From NCBI GenBank assembly GCA_964016885.1, contig OZ024744.1, forward strand, positions 22,134,001 through 22,198,000: DNA of 64,000 nucleotides, read 5' to 3'. Under the pieces are notes generated by a model. It saw only the letters and a program-made list of their open reading frames with translations, was not told the origin of the DNA and did no database searches. This document shows, in pieces, positions 14,370 through 28,340 of this stretch (position 1 is the stretch's first letter; each line of letters opens with the position of its first letter). The DNA comes from Eledone cirrhosa. Lineage: Eukaryota. Both the position numbers and the translations under genes were made by a program.

Positions 14370-16760
14370 TTGTCGTGGTCAGTTAGGTTGACATAGATAA
14401 CATAGGTGGGATGTTGTCGTGGTGGTCTGTTAGGTTGACATAGATAACATAGGTGGGATGTTGTCGTGGTCAGTTAGGTTGACATATATAACATAGAGTG
14501 AGATGTTGTCGTGGTGGTCAGTTAGTTTGACGTAGATAACATAGAGTGAGATATTGTCGTGGTCGTCAGTTAGGTTGACATAGATAACATAGGTGGCATG
14601 TTGTCGTGGTGGTCAGTTAGGTTTACATAGATAACATAGAGTGAGATGTTGTCGTGGTGGTCAGTTAGGTTGACATAGATAACATAGGTGGGATGTTGTC
14701 GTGGTGGTCAGTTAGGTTGACATAGATAACATAGGTGGGATGTAGTCGTGGTGGTCAGTTAGGTTGACATAGTTAACATAGGTGGGATGTTGTCGTGGTG
14801 GTCAGTTAGGTTGACATAGATAACATAGGTGGGATGTTGTCGTGGTGGTCAGTTAGGTTGACATAGATAACATAGAGTCAGATGTTGTCGTGGTGGTCAG
14901 TTAGGTTGACATAGATAACATAGAGTGAGATGTTGTCGTGGTGGTCAGTTAGGTTGACATAGATAACATAGAGTGGGATGTTGTCGTTGTGGTCAGTTAG
15001 GTTGACATAGATAACATAGAGTGAGATGTTGTCGTGGTGGTCAGTTAGGTTGACATAGATAACATAGGTGGGATGTTGTCGTGGTGGTCAGTTAGGTTGA
15101 CATAGATAACATAGAGTGAGATGTTGTCGTGGTGGTCAGTTAGGTTGACATAGATAACATAGGTGGGATGTTGTCGTGGTGGTCAGTTAGGTTGACATAG
15201 ATAACATAGGTGGGATGTTGTCGTGGTGGTCAGTTAGGTTGACATAGATAATATAGAGTGAGATGTTTTCGTGATGGTCAGTTAGGTTGACATAGATAAC
15301 ATAGGTGGGATGTTGTCGTGGTCAGTTAGGTTGATATAGATAACATTGGTGGGATGTTGTCGTGATCAGTTAGGTTGACATAGATAACATAGAGTGAGAT
15401 GGTGTCGTGGTGGTCAGTTAGGTTGACATAGATAACATAGGTGAGATGTTGTCGTGGTGGTCAGTTAGGTTGACATAGATAATATAGAGTGAGATGTTGT
15501 CGTGGTGGTCAGTTAGGTTGACATAGATAACATAGGAGGGATGTTGTCGTGGTCAGTTAGGTTGACATAGATAACATAGGTGGGATGTTGTCGTGGTGGT
15601 CTGTTAGGTTGACATAGATAACATAGGTGGGATGTTGTCGTGGTCAGTTAGGTTGACATATATAACATAGAGTGAGATGTTGTCGTGGTGGTCAGTTAGT
15701 TTGACGTAGATAACATAGAGTGAGATATTGTCGTGGTCGTCAGTTAGGTTGACATAGATAACATAGGTGGCATGTTGTCGTGGTGGTCAGTTAGGTTTAC
15801 ATAGATAACATAGAGTGAGATGTTGTCGTGGTGGTCAGTTAGGTTTACATAGATAACATAGGTGGGATGTTGTCGTGGTGGTCAGTTAGGTTGACATAGA
15901 TAACATAGGTGGGATGTAGTCGTGGTGGTCAGTTAGGTTGACATAGTTAACATAGGTGGGATGTTGTCGTGGTGGTCAGTTAGGTTGACATAGATAACAT
16001 AGGTGGGATGTTGTCGTGGTGGTCAGTTGGGTTGACATAGATAACATAGAGTCAGATGTTGTCGTGGTGGTCAGTTAGGTTGACATAGATAACATAGAGT
16101 GAGATGTTGTCGTGGTGGTCAGTTAGGTTGACATAGATAACATAGAGTGGGATGTTGTCGTTGTGGTCAGTTAGGTTGACATAGATAATATAGAGTGATA
16201 TGTTGTCGTGATGGTCAGTTAGGTTGACATAGATAACATAGGTGGGATGTTGTCGTGGTGGTCAGTTAGGTTGACATAGATAACATAGAGTGAGATGTTG
16301 TCGTGGTGGTCAGTTAGGTTGACATAGATAACATAGGTGGGATGTTGTCGTGGTGGTCAGTTAGATTGACATAGATAACATAGGTGGGATGTTGTCGTGG
16401 TGGTCAGTTAGGTTGACATAGATAATATAGAGTGAGATGTTTTCGTGATGGTCAGTTAGGTTGACATAGATAACATAGGTGGGATGTTGTCGTGGTCAGT
16501 TAGGTTGATATAGATAACATTGGTGGGATGTTGTCGTGGTCAGTTAGGTTGACATAGATAACATAGAGTGAGATGGTGTCGTGGTGGTCAGTTAGGTTGA
16601 CATAGATAACATAGGTGAGATGTTGTCGTGGTGGTCAGTTAGGTTGACATAGATAATATAGAGTGAGATGTTGTCGTGGTGGTCAGTTAGGTTGACATAG
16701 ATAACATAGGAGGGATGTTGTCGTGGTCAGTTAGGTTGACATAGATAACATAGGTGGGAT
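14370..16760. repeat. Tandem duplication of a 1,174-bp block (~25 monomers)
   Basis: Constant 1,174 offset for ggt-ctgtt (14427/15601), ttga-cgtag (14531/15705), gttttc (15265/16439), cataggaggg (15531/16705). Confidence 0.88.
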
Positions 16761-17319
16761 GTTGTCGTGGTCAGTTAGGGTGACATAGATAACATAGGTG
16801 GGATGTTGTCGTGGTGGTCAGTTAGGTTGACATAGATAACATAGGTGGTATGTTGTCGTGGTCAGTTAGGTTGACATAGATAACATAGAGTGAGATGTTG
16901 TCATGGTGGTCAGTTAGGTTGACATAGATAACATAGGTGGGATGTTGTCGTGGTGGTCAGTTAGGTTGACATAGATAACATAGAGTGAGATGTTGTCGTG
17001 GTGGTCAGTTAGGTTGACATAGATAACATAGGTGGGATGTAGTCGTGGTGGTCAGTTAGGTTGACATAGATAACATAGAGTCAGATGTTGTCGTGGTGGT
17101 CAGTTAGGTTGACATAGATAACATAGAGTGAGATGTTGTCGTGGTGGTCAGTTAGGTTGACATAGATAACATAGGTGGGATGTTGTCGTGGTGGTCAGTT
17201 AGGTTGACATAGATAACATAGGTGGGATGTTGTCGGGGTGGTCAGTTAGGTTGACATAGATAACATAGGTGGGATGGTGTCGTGGTGGTCAGTTAGGTTG
17301 ACATAGTTAACATAGGTGA

Positions 17320-20300
17320 GATGTTGTCGTGGCGGTCAGTTAGGTTGACATAGATAACATAGAGTGAGATGTTGTCGTGGTGGTCAGTTAGGTTGACATA
17401 GATAATATAGAGTGAGATGTTGTCGTGATGGTCAGTTAGGTTGACATAGATAACATAGGTGGGATGTTGTCGTGGTCAGTTAGGTTGATATAGATAACAT
17501 TGGTGGGATGTTGTCGTGGTCAGTTAGGTTGACATAGATAACATAGGTGGGATGTTGTCGTGGTGGTCAGTTAGGTTGACATAGATAAAATAGAGTGAGA
17601 TGTTGTCGTGGTGGTCAGTTAGGTTGACATAGATAACATAGGCGGGATGTTGTCGTGGTGGTCAGTTAGGTTGACATAGATAACATAGGTGGGATGTTGT
17701 CGTGGTGGTCAGTTAGGTTGACATAGATAACATAGAGTCAGATGTTGTCGTGGTGGTCAGTTAGGTTGACATAGATAACATAGGTGGGATGTTGTCGTAG
17801 TCAGTTAGGTTGACATATATAACATAGAGTGAGATGTTGTCGTGGTTGTCAGTTAGGTTGACATAGATAACATAGAGATGTTGTCGTGGTGGTCAGTTAG
17901 GTTGACATAGAAAACATAGGTGGGATGTTGTCGTGGTGGTCAGTTAGGTTGACATAGATAACATAGGTGGGATGTTATCGTGGTGGTCAGTTAGGTTGAC
18001 ATAGATAACATAGGTGGGATGTAGTCGTGGTGGTCAGTTAGGTTGACATAGATAACATAGAGTGAGATGTTGTCATGGTGGTCAGTTAGGTTGACAGATA
18101 ACATAGGTGGGATGTTGTCATGGGGGTCAGTTAGGTTGACATAGATAACATAGAGTGAGATGTTGTCGTGGTGGTCAGTTAGGTTGACATAGATAACATA
18201 GGTGGGATGTTGTCGTGGTGGTCAGTTAGGTTGACATAGATAACATAGGTGGGATGTTGTCGTGGTGGTCAGTTAGGTTGACATAGATAACATAGAGTCA
18301 GATGTTGTCGTGGTGGTCAGTTAGGTTGACATAGATAACATAGGTGGGATGTTGTCGTGGTGGTCAGTTAGGTTGACATAGATAACATAGAGTGAGATGT
18401 TGTCGTGGTGGTCAGTTAGGCTGACATAGATAACATAGGTGGGATGTTGTCGTGGTGGTCAGTTAGGTTGACATAGATAACATAGAGTGAGATGTTGTCG
18501 TGGTGGTCAGTTAGGCTGACATAGATAACATAGGTGGGATGTTGTCGTGGTGGTCAGTTAGGTTGACATAGATAACATAGAGTGGGATGTTGTCGTGGTG
18601 GTCAGTTAGGTTGACATAGATAACATAGGTGGGATGTTGTCGTGGTGGTCAGTTAGGTTGACATAGATAACATAGAGTGAGATGTTGTCTTGGTGGTCAG
18701 TTAGGTTGACACAGATAACATAGGTGGGATGTTGTCGTGGTCAGTTAGTTTGACATAGATAACATAGAGTGAGATGTTGTCGTGGTGGTCAGTTAGGTTG
18801 ACATAGATAACATAGGTGGGATGTTGTCGGGGTGGTCAGTTAGGTTGACATAGATAACATAAGTGGGATGCTGTCGTGGTGGTCAGTTAGGTTGACATAG
18901 ATAACATAGAGTGAGATGGTGTCGTGGTGGTCAGTTAGGTTGACATAGATAACATAGGTGAGATGTTGTCGTGGTGGTCAGTTAGGTTGACATAGATAAT
19001 ATAGAGTGAGATGTTGTCGTGGTGGTCAGTTAGGTTGACATAGATAACATAGGTGGGATGTTGTCGTGGTCAGTTAGGTTGACATAGATAACATAGGTGG
19101 GATGTTGTCGTGGTCAGTTAGGGTGACATAGATAACATAGGTGGGATGTTGTCGTGGTGGTCAGTTAGGTTGACATAGATAACATAGGTGGTATGTTGAC
19201 GTGGTCAGTTAGGTTGACATAGATAACATAGAGTGAGATGTTGTCATGGTGGTCAGTTAGGTTGACATAGATAACATAGGTGGGATGTTGTCGTGGTGGT
19301 CAGTTAGGTTGACATAGATAACATAGAGTGAGATGTTGTCGTGGTGGTCAGTTAGGTTGACATAGATAACATAGGTGGGATGTAGTCGTGGTGGTCAGTT
19401 CGGTTGACATAGATAACATAGAGTCAGATGTTGTCGTGGTGGTCAGTTAGGTTGACATAGATAACATAGAGTCAGATGTTGTCGTGGTGGTCAGTTAGGT
19501 TGACATAGATAACATAGGTGGGATGTTGTCGTGGTGGTCAGTTAGGTTGACATAGATAACATAGGTGGGATGTTGTCGGGGTGGTCAGTTAGGTTGACAT
19601 AGATAACATAGGTGGGATGTTGTCGTGGTCAGTTAGGTTGATATAGATAACATTGGTGGGATGTTGTCGTGGTCAGTTAGGTTGACATAGATAACATAAG
19701 TGGGATGTTGTCGTGGTGGTCAGTTAGGTTGACATAGATAACATAGGTGGATATTGTCGTGGTCAGTTAGGTTGACATATATAACATAGAGTGAGATGTT
19801 GTCGTGGTCGTCAGTTAGGTTGACATAGATAACATAGAGTGAGATGTTGTCGTGGTGGTCAGTTAGGTTGACATAGATAACATAGGTGGGATGTTGTCGG
19901 GGTGGTCAGTTAGGTTGACATAGATAACATAGGTGGGATGTTGTCGTGGTGGTCAGTTAGGTTGACATAGATAACATAGAGTCAGATGTTGTCGTGGTGG
20001 TCAGTTAGGTTGACATAGATAACATAGAGTGAGATGTTGTCGTGGTGGTCAGTTAGGTTGACATAGATAACATAGGTGGGATGTTGTCGTGGTGGTCAGT
20101 TAGGTTGACATAGATAACATAGAGTGGGATGTTGTCGTGGTGGTCAGTTAGGTTGACATAGATAACATAGGTGGGATGTTGTCGTGGTGGTCAGTTAGGT
20201 TGACATAGATAACATAGAGTGAGATGTTGTCTTGGTGGTCAGTTAGGTTGACATAGATAACATAGGTGGGATGTTGTCGTGGTCAGTTAGTTTGACATAG

Positions 20301-23300
20301 ATAACATAGAGTGAGATGTTGTCGTGGTGGTCAGTTAGGTTAACATAGATAACATAGGTGGGATGTTGTCGGGGTGGTCAGTTAGGTTGACATAGATAAC
20401 ATAGAGTGAGATGGTGTCGTGGTGGTCAGTTAGGTTGACATAGATAACATAGGTGAGATGTTGTCGTGGTGGTCAGTTAGGTTGACATAGATAATATTGA
20501 GTGAGATGTTGTCGTGGTGGTCAGTTAGGTTCACATAGATAACATAGGTGGGATGTTGTCGTGGTCAGTTAGGTTGACATAGATAACATAGGTGGGATGT
20601 TGTCGTGGTCAGTTAGGGTGACATAGATAACATAGGTGGGATGTTGTCGTGGCGGTCAGTTAGGTTGACATAGATAACATAGAGTGAGATGTTGTCGTGG
20701 TGGTCAGTTAGGTTGACATAGATAATATAGAGTGAGATGTTGTCGTGATGGTCAGTTAGGTTGACATAGATAACATAGGTGGGATGTTGTCGTGGTCAGT
20801 TAGGTTGATATAGATAACATTGGTGGGATGTTGTCGTGGTCAGTTAGGTTGACATAGATAACATAGGTGGGATGTTGTCGTGGTGGTCAGTTAGGTTGAC
20901 ATAGATAACATAGGTGGATATTGTCGTGGTCAGTTAGGTTGACATATATAACATAGAGTGAGATGTTGTCGTGGTCGTCAGTTAGGTTGACATAGATAAA
21001 ATAGAGTGAGATGTTGTCGTGGTGGTCAGTTAGGTTGACATAGATAACATAGGCGGGATGTTGTCGTGGTGGTCAGTTAGGTTGACATAGATAACATAGG
21101 TGGGATGTTGTCGTGGTGGTCAGTTAGGTTGACATAGATAACATAGAGTCAGATGTTGTCGTGGTGGTCAGTTAGGTTGACATAGATAACATAGGTGGGA
21201 TGTTGTCGTAGTCAGTTAGGTTGACATATATAACATAGAGTGAGATGTTGTCGTGGTTGTCAGTTAGGTTGACATAGATAACATAGAGATGTTGTCGTGG
21301 TGGTCAGTTAGGTTGACATAGAAAACATAGGTGGGATGTTGTCGTGGTGGTCAGTTAGGTTGACATAGATAACATAGGTGGGATGTTATCGTGGTGGTCA
21401 GTTAGGTTGACATAGATAACATAGGTGGGATGTAGTCGTGGTGGTCAGTTAGGTTGACATAGATAACATAGAGTGAGATGTTGTCATGGTGGTCAGTTAG
21501 GTTGACAGATAACATAGGTGGGATGTTGTCATGGGGGTCAGTTAGGTTGACATAGATAACATAGAGTGAGATGTTGTCGTGGTGGTCAGTTAGGTTGACA
21601 TAGATAACATAGGTGGGATGTTGTCGTGGTGGTCAGTTAGGTTGACATAGATAACATAGGTGGGATGTTGTCGTGGTGGTCAGTTAGGTTGACATAGATA
21701 ACATAGAGTCAGATGTTGTCGTGGTGGTCAGTTAGGTTGACATAGATAACATAGGTGGGATGTTGTCGTGGTGGTCAGTTAGGTTGACATAGATAACATA
21801 GAGTGAGATGTTGTCGTGGTGGTCAGTTAGGCTGACATAGATAACATAGGTGGGATGTTGTCGTGGTGGTCAGTTAGGTTGACATAGATAACATAGAGTG
21901 AGATGTTGTCGTGGTGGTCAGTTAGGCTGACATAGATAACATAGGTGGGATGTTGTCGTGGTGGTCAGTTAGGTTGACATAGATAACATAGAGTGGGATG
22001 TTGTCGTGGTGGTCAGTTAGGTTGACATAGATAACATAGGTGGGATGTTGTCGTGGTGGTCAGTTAGGTTGACATAGATAACATAGAGTGAGATGTTGTC
22101 TTGGTGGTCAGTTAGGTTGACACAGATAACATAGGTGGGATGTTGTCGTGGTCAGTTAGTTTGACATAGATAACATAGAGTGAGATGTTGTCGTGGTGGT
22201 CAGTTAGGTTGACATAGATAACATAGGTGGGATGTTGTCGGGGTGGTCAGTTAGGTTGACATAGATAACATAAGTGGGATGCTGTCGTGGTGGTCAGTTA
22301 GGTTGACATAGATAACATAGAGTGAGATGGTGTCGTGGTGGTCAGTTAGGTTGACATAGATAACATAGGTGAGATGTTGTCGTGGTGGTCAGTTAGGTTG
22401 ACATAGATAATATAGAGTGAGATGTTGTCGTGGTGGTCAGTTAGGTTGACATAGATAACATAGGTGGGATGTTGTCGTGGTCAGTTAGGTTGACATAGAT
22501 AACATAGGTGGGATGTTGTCGTGGTCAGTTAGGGTGACATAGATAACATAGGTGGGATGTTGTCGTGGTGGTCAGTTAGGTTGACATAGATAACATAGGT
22601 GGTATGTTGTCGTGGTCAGTTAGGTTGACATAGATAACATAGAGTGAGATGTTGTCATGGTGGTCAGTTAGGTTGACATAGATAACATAGGTGGGATGTT
22701 GTCGTGGTGGTCAGTTAGGTTGACATAGATAACATAGAGTGAGATGTTGTCGTGGTGGTCAGTTAGGTTGACATAGATAACATAGGTGGGATGTAGTCGT
22801 GGTGGTCAGTTCGGTTGACATAGATAACATAGAGTCAGATGTTGTCGTGGTGGTCAGTTAGGTTGACATAGATAACATAGAGTCAGATGTTGTCGTGGTG
22901 GTCAGTTAGGTTGACATAGATAACATAGGTGGGATGTTGTCGTGGTGGTCAGTTAGGTTGACATAGATAACATAGGTGGGATGTTGTCGGGGTGGTCAGT
23001 TAGGTTGACATAGATAACATAGGTGGGATGTTGTCGTGGTCAGTTAGGTTGATATAGATAACATTGGTGGGATGTTGTCGTGGTCAGTTAGGTTGACATA
23101 GATAACATAAGTGGGATGTTGTCGTGGTGGTCAGTTAGGTTGACATAGATAACATAGGTGGATATTGTCGTGGTCAGTTAGGTTGACATATATAACATAG
23201 AGTGAGATGTTGTCGTGGTCGTCAGTTAGGTTGACATAGATAACATAGAGTGAGATGTTGTCGTGGTGGTCAGTTAGGTTGACATAGATAACATAGGTGG

Positions 23301-24050
23301 GATGTTGTCGGGGTGGTCAGTTAGGTTGACATAGATAACATAGGTGGGATGTTGTCGTGGTGGTCAGTTAGGTTGACATAGATAACATAGAGTCAGATGT
23401 TGTCGTGGTGGTCAGTTAGGTTGACATAGATAACATAGAGTGAGATGTTGTCGTGGTGGTCAGTTAGGTTGACATAGATAACATAGGTGGGATGTTGTCG
23501 TGGTGGTCAGTTAGGTTGACATAGATAACATAGAGTGGGATGTTGTCGTGGTGGTCAGTTAGGTTGACATAGATAACATAGGTGGGATGTTGTCGTGGTG
23601 GTCAGTTAGGTTGACATAGATAACATAGAGTGAGATGTTGTCTTGGTGGTCAGTTAGGTTGACATAGATAACATAGGTGGGAGGTTGTCGTGGTCAGTTA
23701 GTTTGACATAGATAACATAGAGTGAGATGTTGTCGTGGTGGTCAGTTAGGTTAACATAGATAACATAGGTGGGATGTTGTCGGGGTGGTCAGTTAGGTTG
23801 ACATAGATAACATAGAGTGAGATGGTGTCGTGGTGGTCAGTTAGGTTGACATAGATAACATAGGTGAGATGTTGTCGTGGTGGTCAGTTAGGTTGACATA
23901 GATAATATTGAGTGAGATGTTGTCGTGGTGGTCAGTTAGGTTCACATAGATAACATAGGTGGGATGTTGTCGTGGTCAGTTAGGTTGACATAGATAACAT
24001 AGGTGGGATGTTGTCGTGGTCAGTTAGGGTGACATAGATAACATAGGTGG
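17320..24050. repeat. Tandem duplication of a ~3.4-kb block
   Basis: Offset 3,411 for atagataaaa (17581/20992), gtt-cggtt (19401/22812), ataatattga (20491/23902). ggcggtcagt (17331/20651) has offset 3,320, i.e. a two-monomer (91 bp) indel near the start. Confidence 0.88.
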
Positions 24051-25199
24051 GATGTTGTCGTGGTGGTCAGTTAGGTTGACATAGATAACATAGGTGGGAT
24101 GTTGTCGTGGTGGTCAGTTAGGTTGACATAGATAACATAGAGTGAGATGGTGACGTGGTAGTCAGTTAGGTTGACATAGTTAACATAGGTGAGATGTTGT
24201 CGTGGTGGTCAGTTAGGTTGACATAGATAACATAGGTGGGATGTTGTCGTGGTCAGTTAGGTTGACATAGATAACATAGGTGGGATGTTGTCGTGGTCAG
24301 TTAGGGTGACATAGATAACATAGGTGGGATGTTGTCGTGGTGGTCAGTTAGGTTGACATAGATAACATAGGTGGTATGTTGTCGTGGTCAGTTAGGTTGA
24401 CATAGATAACATAGAGTGAGATGTTGTCATGGTGGTCAGTTAGGTTGACATAGATAACATAGGTGGGATGTTGTCGTGGTGGTCAGTTAGGTTGACATAG
24501 ATAACATAGAGTGAGATGTTGTCGTGGTGGTCAGTTAGGTTGACATAGATAACATAGGTGGGATGTAGTCGTGGTGGTCAGTTCGGTTGACATAGATAAC
24601 ATAGAGTCAGATGTTGTCGTGGTGGTCAGTTAGGTTGACATAGATAACATAGAGTCAGATGTTGTCGTGGTGGTCAGTTAGGTTGACATAGATAACATAG
24701 GTGGGATGTTGTCGTGGTGGTCAGTTAGGTTGACATAGATAACATAGGTGGGATGTTGTCGGGGTGGTCAGTTAGGTTGACATAGATAACATAGGTGGGA
24801 TGGTGTCGTGGTGGTCAGTTAGGTTGACATAGTTAACATAGGTGAGATGTTGTCGTGGTGGTCAGTTAGGTTGACATAGATAACATAGAGTGAGATGTTG
24901 TCGTGGTGGTCAGTTAGGTTGACAGATAATATAGAGTGAGATGTTGTCGTGATGGTCAGTTAGGTTGACATAGATAACATAGGTGTGATGTTGTCGTGGT
25001 GGTCAGTTAGGTTGACATAGATAACATAGGTGGGATGTTGTCGTGGTCAGTTAGGTTGATATAGATAACATTGGTGGCATGTTGTCGTGGTCAGTTAGGT
25101 TGACATAGATAACATAGGTGGGATGTTGTCGTGGTGGTCAGTTAGGTTGACATAGATAACATAGGTGGATATTGTCGTGGTCAGTTAGGTTGACATATA

Positions 25200-28100
25200 T
25201 AACATAGAGTGAGATGTTGTCGTGGTCGTCAGTTAGGTTGACATAGATAACATAGAGTGAGATGTTGTCGTGGTGGTCAGTTAGGTTGACATAGATAACA
25301 TAGGTGGGATGTTGTCGGGGTGGTCAGTTAGGTTGACATAGATAACATAGGTGGGATGTTGTCGTGGTGGTCAGTTAGGTTGACATAGATAACATAGAGT
25401 CAGATGTTGTCGTGGTGGTCAGTTAGGTTGACATAGATAACATAGAGTGAGATGTTGTCGTGGTGGTCAGTTAGGTTGACATAGATAACATAGGTGGGAT
25501 GTTGTCGTGGTGGTCAGTTAGGTTGACATAGATAACATAGAGTGGGATGTTGTCGTGGTGGTCAGTTAGGTTGACATAGATAACATAGGTGGGATGTTGT
25601 CGTGGTGGTCAGTTAGGTTGACATAGATAACATAGAGTGAGATGTTGTCTTGGTGGTCAGTTAGGTTGACATAGATAACATAGGTGGGATGTTGTCGTGG
25701 TCAGTTAGTTTGACATAGATAACATAGAGTGAGATGTTGTCGTGGTGGTCAGTTAGGTTAACATAGATAACATAGGTGGGATGTTGTCGGGGTGGTCAGT
25801 TAGGTTGACATAGATAACATAGAGTGAGATGGTGTCGTGGTGGTCAGTTAGGTTGACATAGATAACATAGGTGAGATGTTGTCGTGGTGGTCAGTTAGGT
25901 TGACATAGATAATATTGAGTGAGATGTTGTCGTGGTGGTCAGTTAGGTTCACATAGATAACATAGGTGGGATGTTGTCGTGGTCAGTTAGGTTGACATAG
26001 ATAACATAGGTGGGATGTTGTCGTGGTCAGTTAGGGTGACATAGATAACATAGGTGGGATGTTGTCGTGGTGGTCAGTTAGGTTGACATAGATAACATAG
26101 GTGGGATGTTGTCGTGGTGGTCAGTTAGGTTGACATAGATAACATAGAGTGAGATGGTGACGTGGTAGTCAGTTAGGTTGACATAGTTAACATAGGTGAG
26201 ATGTTGTCGTGGTGGTCAGTTAGGTTGATATAGATAACATAGAGTGAGATGTTGTCGTAGTGGTCAGTTAGGTTGACATAGATAACATAGGTGGGATGTT
26301 GTCGTGGTCAGTTAGGTTGACATAGATAACATAGGTGGGATGTTGTCGTGGTGGTCTGTTAGGTTGACATAGATAACATAGGTGGGATGTTGTCGTGGTC
26401 AGTTAGGTTGACATATATAACATAGAGTGAGATGTTGTCGTGGTGGTCAGTTAGTTTGACGTAGATAACATAGAGTGAGATATTGTCGTGGTCGTCAGTT
26501 AGGTTGACATAGATAACATAGGTGGCATGTTGTCGTGGTGGTCAGTTAGGTTTACATAGATAACATAGAGTGAGATGTTGTCGTGGTGGTCAGTTAGGTT
26601 GACATAGATAACATAGGTGGGATGTAGTCGTGGTGGTCAGTTAGGTTGACATAGTTAACATAGGTGGGATGTTGTCGTGGTGGTCAGTTAGGTTGACATA
26701 GATAACATAGGTGGGATGTTGTCGTGGTGGTCAGTTAGGTTGACATAGATAACATAGAGTGGGATGTTGTCGTTGTGGTCAGTTAGGTTGACATAGATAA
26801 CATAGAGTGAGATGTTGTCGTGGTCGTCAGTTAGGTTGACATAGATAACATAGAGTGAGATGTTGTCGTGGTGGTCAGTTAGGTTGACATAGATAACATA
26901 GGTGGGATGTTGTCGGGGTGGTCAGTTAGGTTGACATAGATAACATAGGTGGGATGTTGTCGTGGTGGTCAGTTAGGTTGACATAGATAACATAGAGTCA
27001 GATGTTGTCGTGGTGGTCAGTTAGGTTGACATAGATAACATAGAGTGAGATGTTGTCGTGGTGGTCAGTTAGGTTGACATAGATAACATAGGTGGGATGT
27101 TGTCGTGGTGGTCAGTTAGGTTGACATAGATAACATAGAGTGGGATGTTGTCGTGGTGGTCAGTTAGGTTGACATAGATAACATAGGTGGGATGTTGTCG
27201 TGGTGGTCAGTTAGGTTGACATAGATAACATAGAGTGAGATGTTGTCTTGGTGGTCAGTTAGGTTGACATAGATAACATAGGTGGGATGTTGTCGTGGTC
27301 AGTTAGTTTGACATAGATAACATAGAGTGAGATGTTGTCGTGGTGGTCAGTTAGGTTAACATAGATAACATAGGTGGGATGTTGTCGGGGTGGTCAGTTA
27401 GGTTGACATAGATAACATAGAGTGAGATGGTGTCGTGGTGGTCAGTTAGGTTGACATAGATAACATAGGTGAGATGTTGTCGTGGTGGTCAGTTAGGTTG
27501 ACATAGATAATATTGAGTGAGATGTTGTCGTGGTGGTCAGTTAGGTTCACATAGATAACATAGGTGGGATGTTGTCGTGGTCAGTTAGGTTGACATAGAT
27601 AACATAGGTGGGATGTTGTCGTGGTCAGTTAGGGTGACATAGATAACATAGGTGGGATGTTGTCGTGGTGGTCAGTTAGGTTGACATAGATAACATAGGT
27701 GGGATGTTGTCGTGGTGGTCAGTTAGGTTGACATAGATAACATAGAGTGAGATGGTGACGTGGTAGTCAGTTAGGTTGACATAGTTAACATAGGTGAGAT
27801 GTTGTCGTGGTGGTCAGTTAGGTTGATATAGATAACATAGAGTGAGATGTTGTCGTAGTGGTCAGTTAGGTTGACATAGATAACATAGGTGGGATGTTGT
27901 CGTGGTCAGTTAGGTTGACATAGATAACATAGGTGGGATGTTGTCGTGGTGGTCTGTTAGGTTGACATAGATAACATAGGTGGGATGTTGTCGTGGTCAG
28001 TTAGGTTGACATATATAACATAGAGTGAGATGTTGTCGTGGTCGTCAGTTAGGTTGACATAGATAACATAGGTGGCATGTTGTCGTGGTGGTCAGTTAGG

Positions 28101-28340
28101 TTTACATAGATAACATAGAGTGAGATGTTGTCGTGGTGGTCAGTTAGGTTGACATAGATAACATAGGTGGGATGTAGTCGTGGTGGTCAGTTAGGTTGAC
28201 ATAGTTAACATAGGTGGGATGTTGTCGTGGTGGTCAGTTAGGTTGACATAGATAACATAGGTGGGATGTTGTCGTGGTGGTCAGTTAGGTTGACATAGAT
28301 AACATAGAGTGGGATGTTGTCGTTGTGGTCAGTTAGGTTG
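25200..28340. repeat. Tandem duplication of a ~1,598-bp block
   Basis: Offset 1,598 for ataatattga (25909/27507) and tgacgtggtagtc (26158/27756). The second copy lacks one monomer near its end. Confidence 0.82.

Noticed and set aside
8015-15275. Hammerhead ribozyme satellite, as in newt, schistosome and cricket satellites
   Set aside because: The consensus lacks the CUGANGA and GAAA core on both strands. Minus-strand ctgacga (from the gtcgtcag variant) and cgaaa (from the gttttcg variant) occur only in rare, separate monomers.
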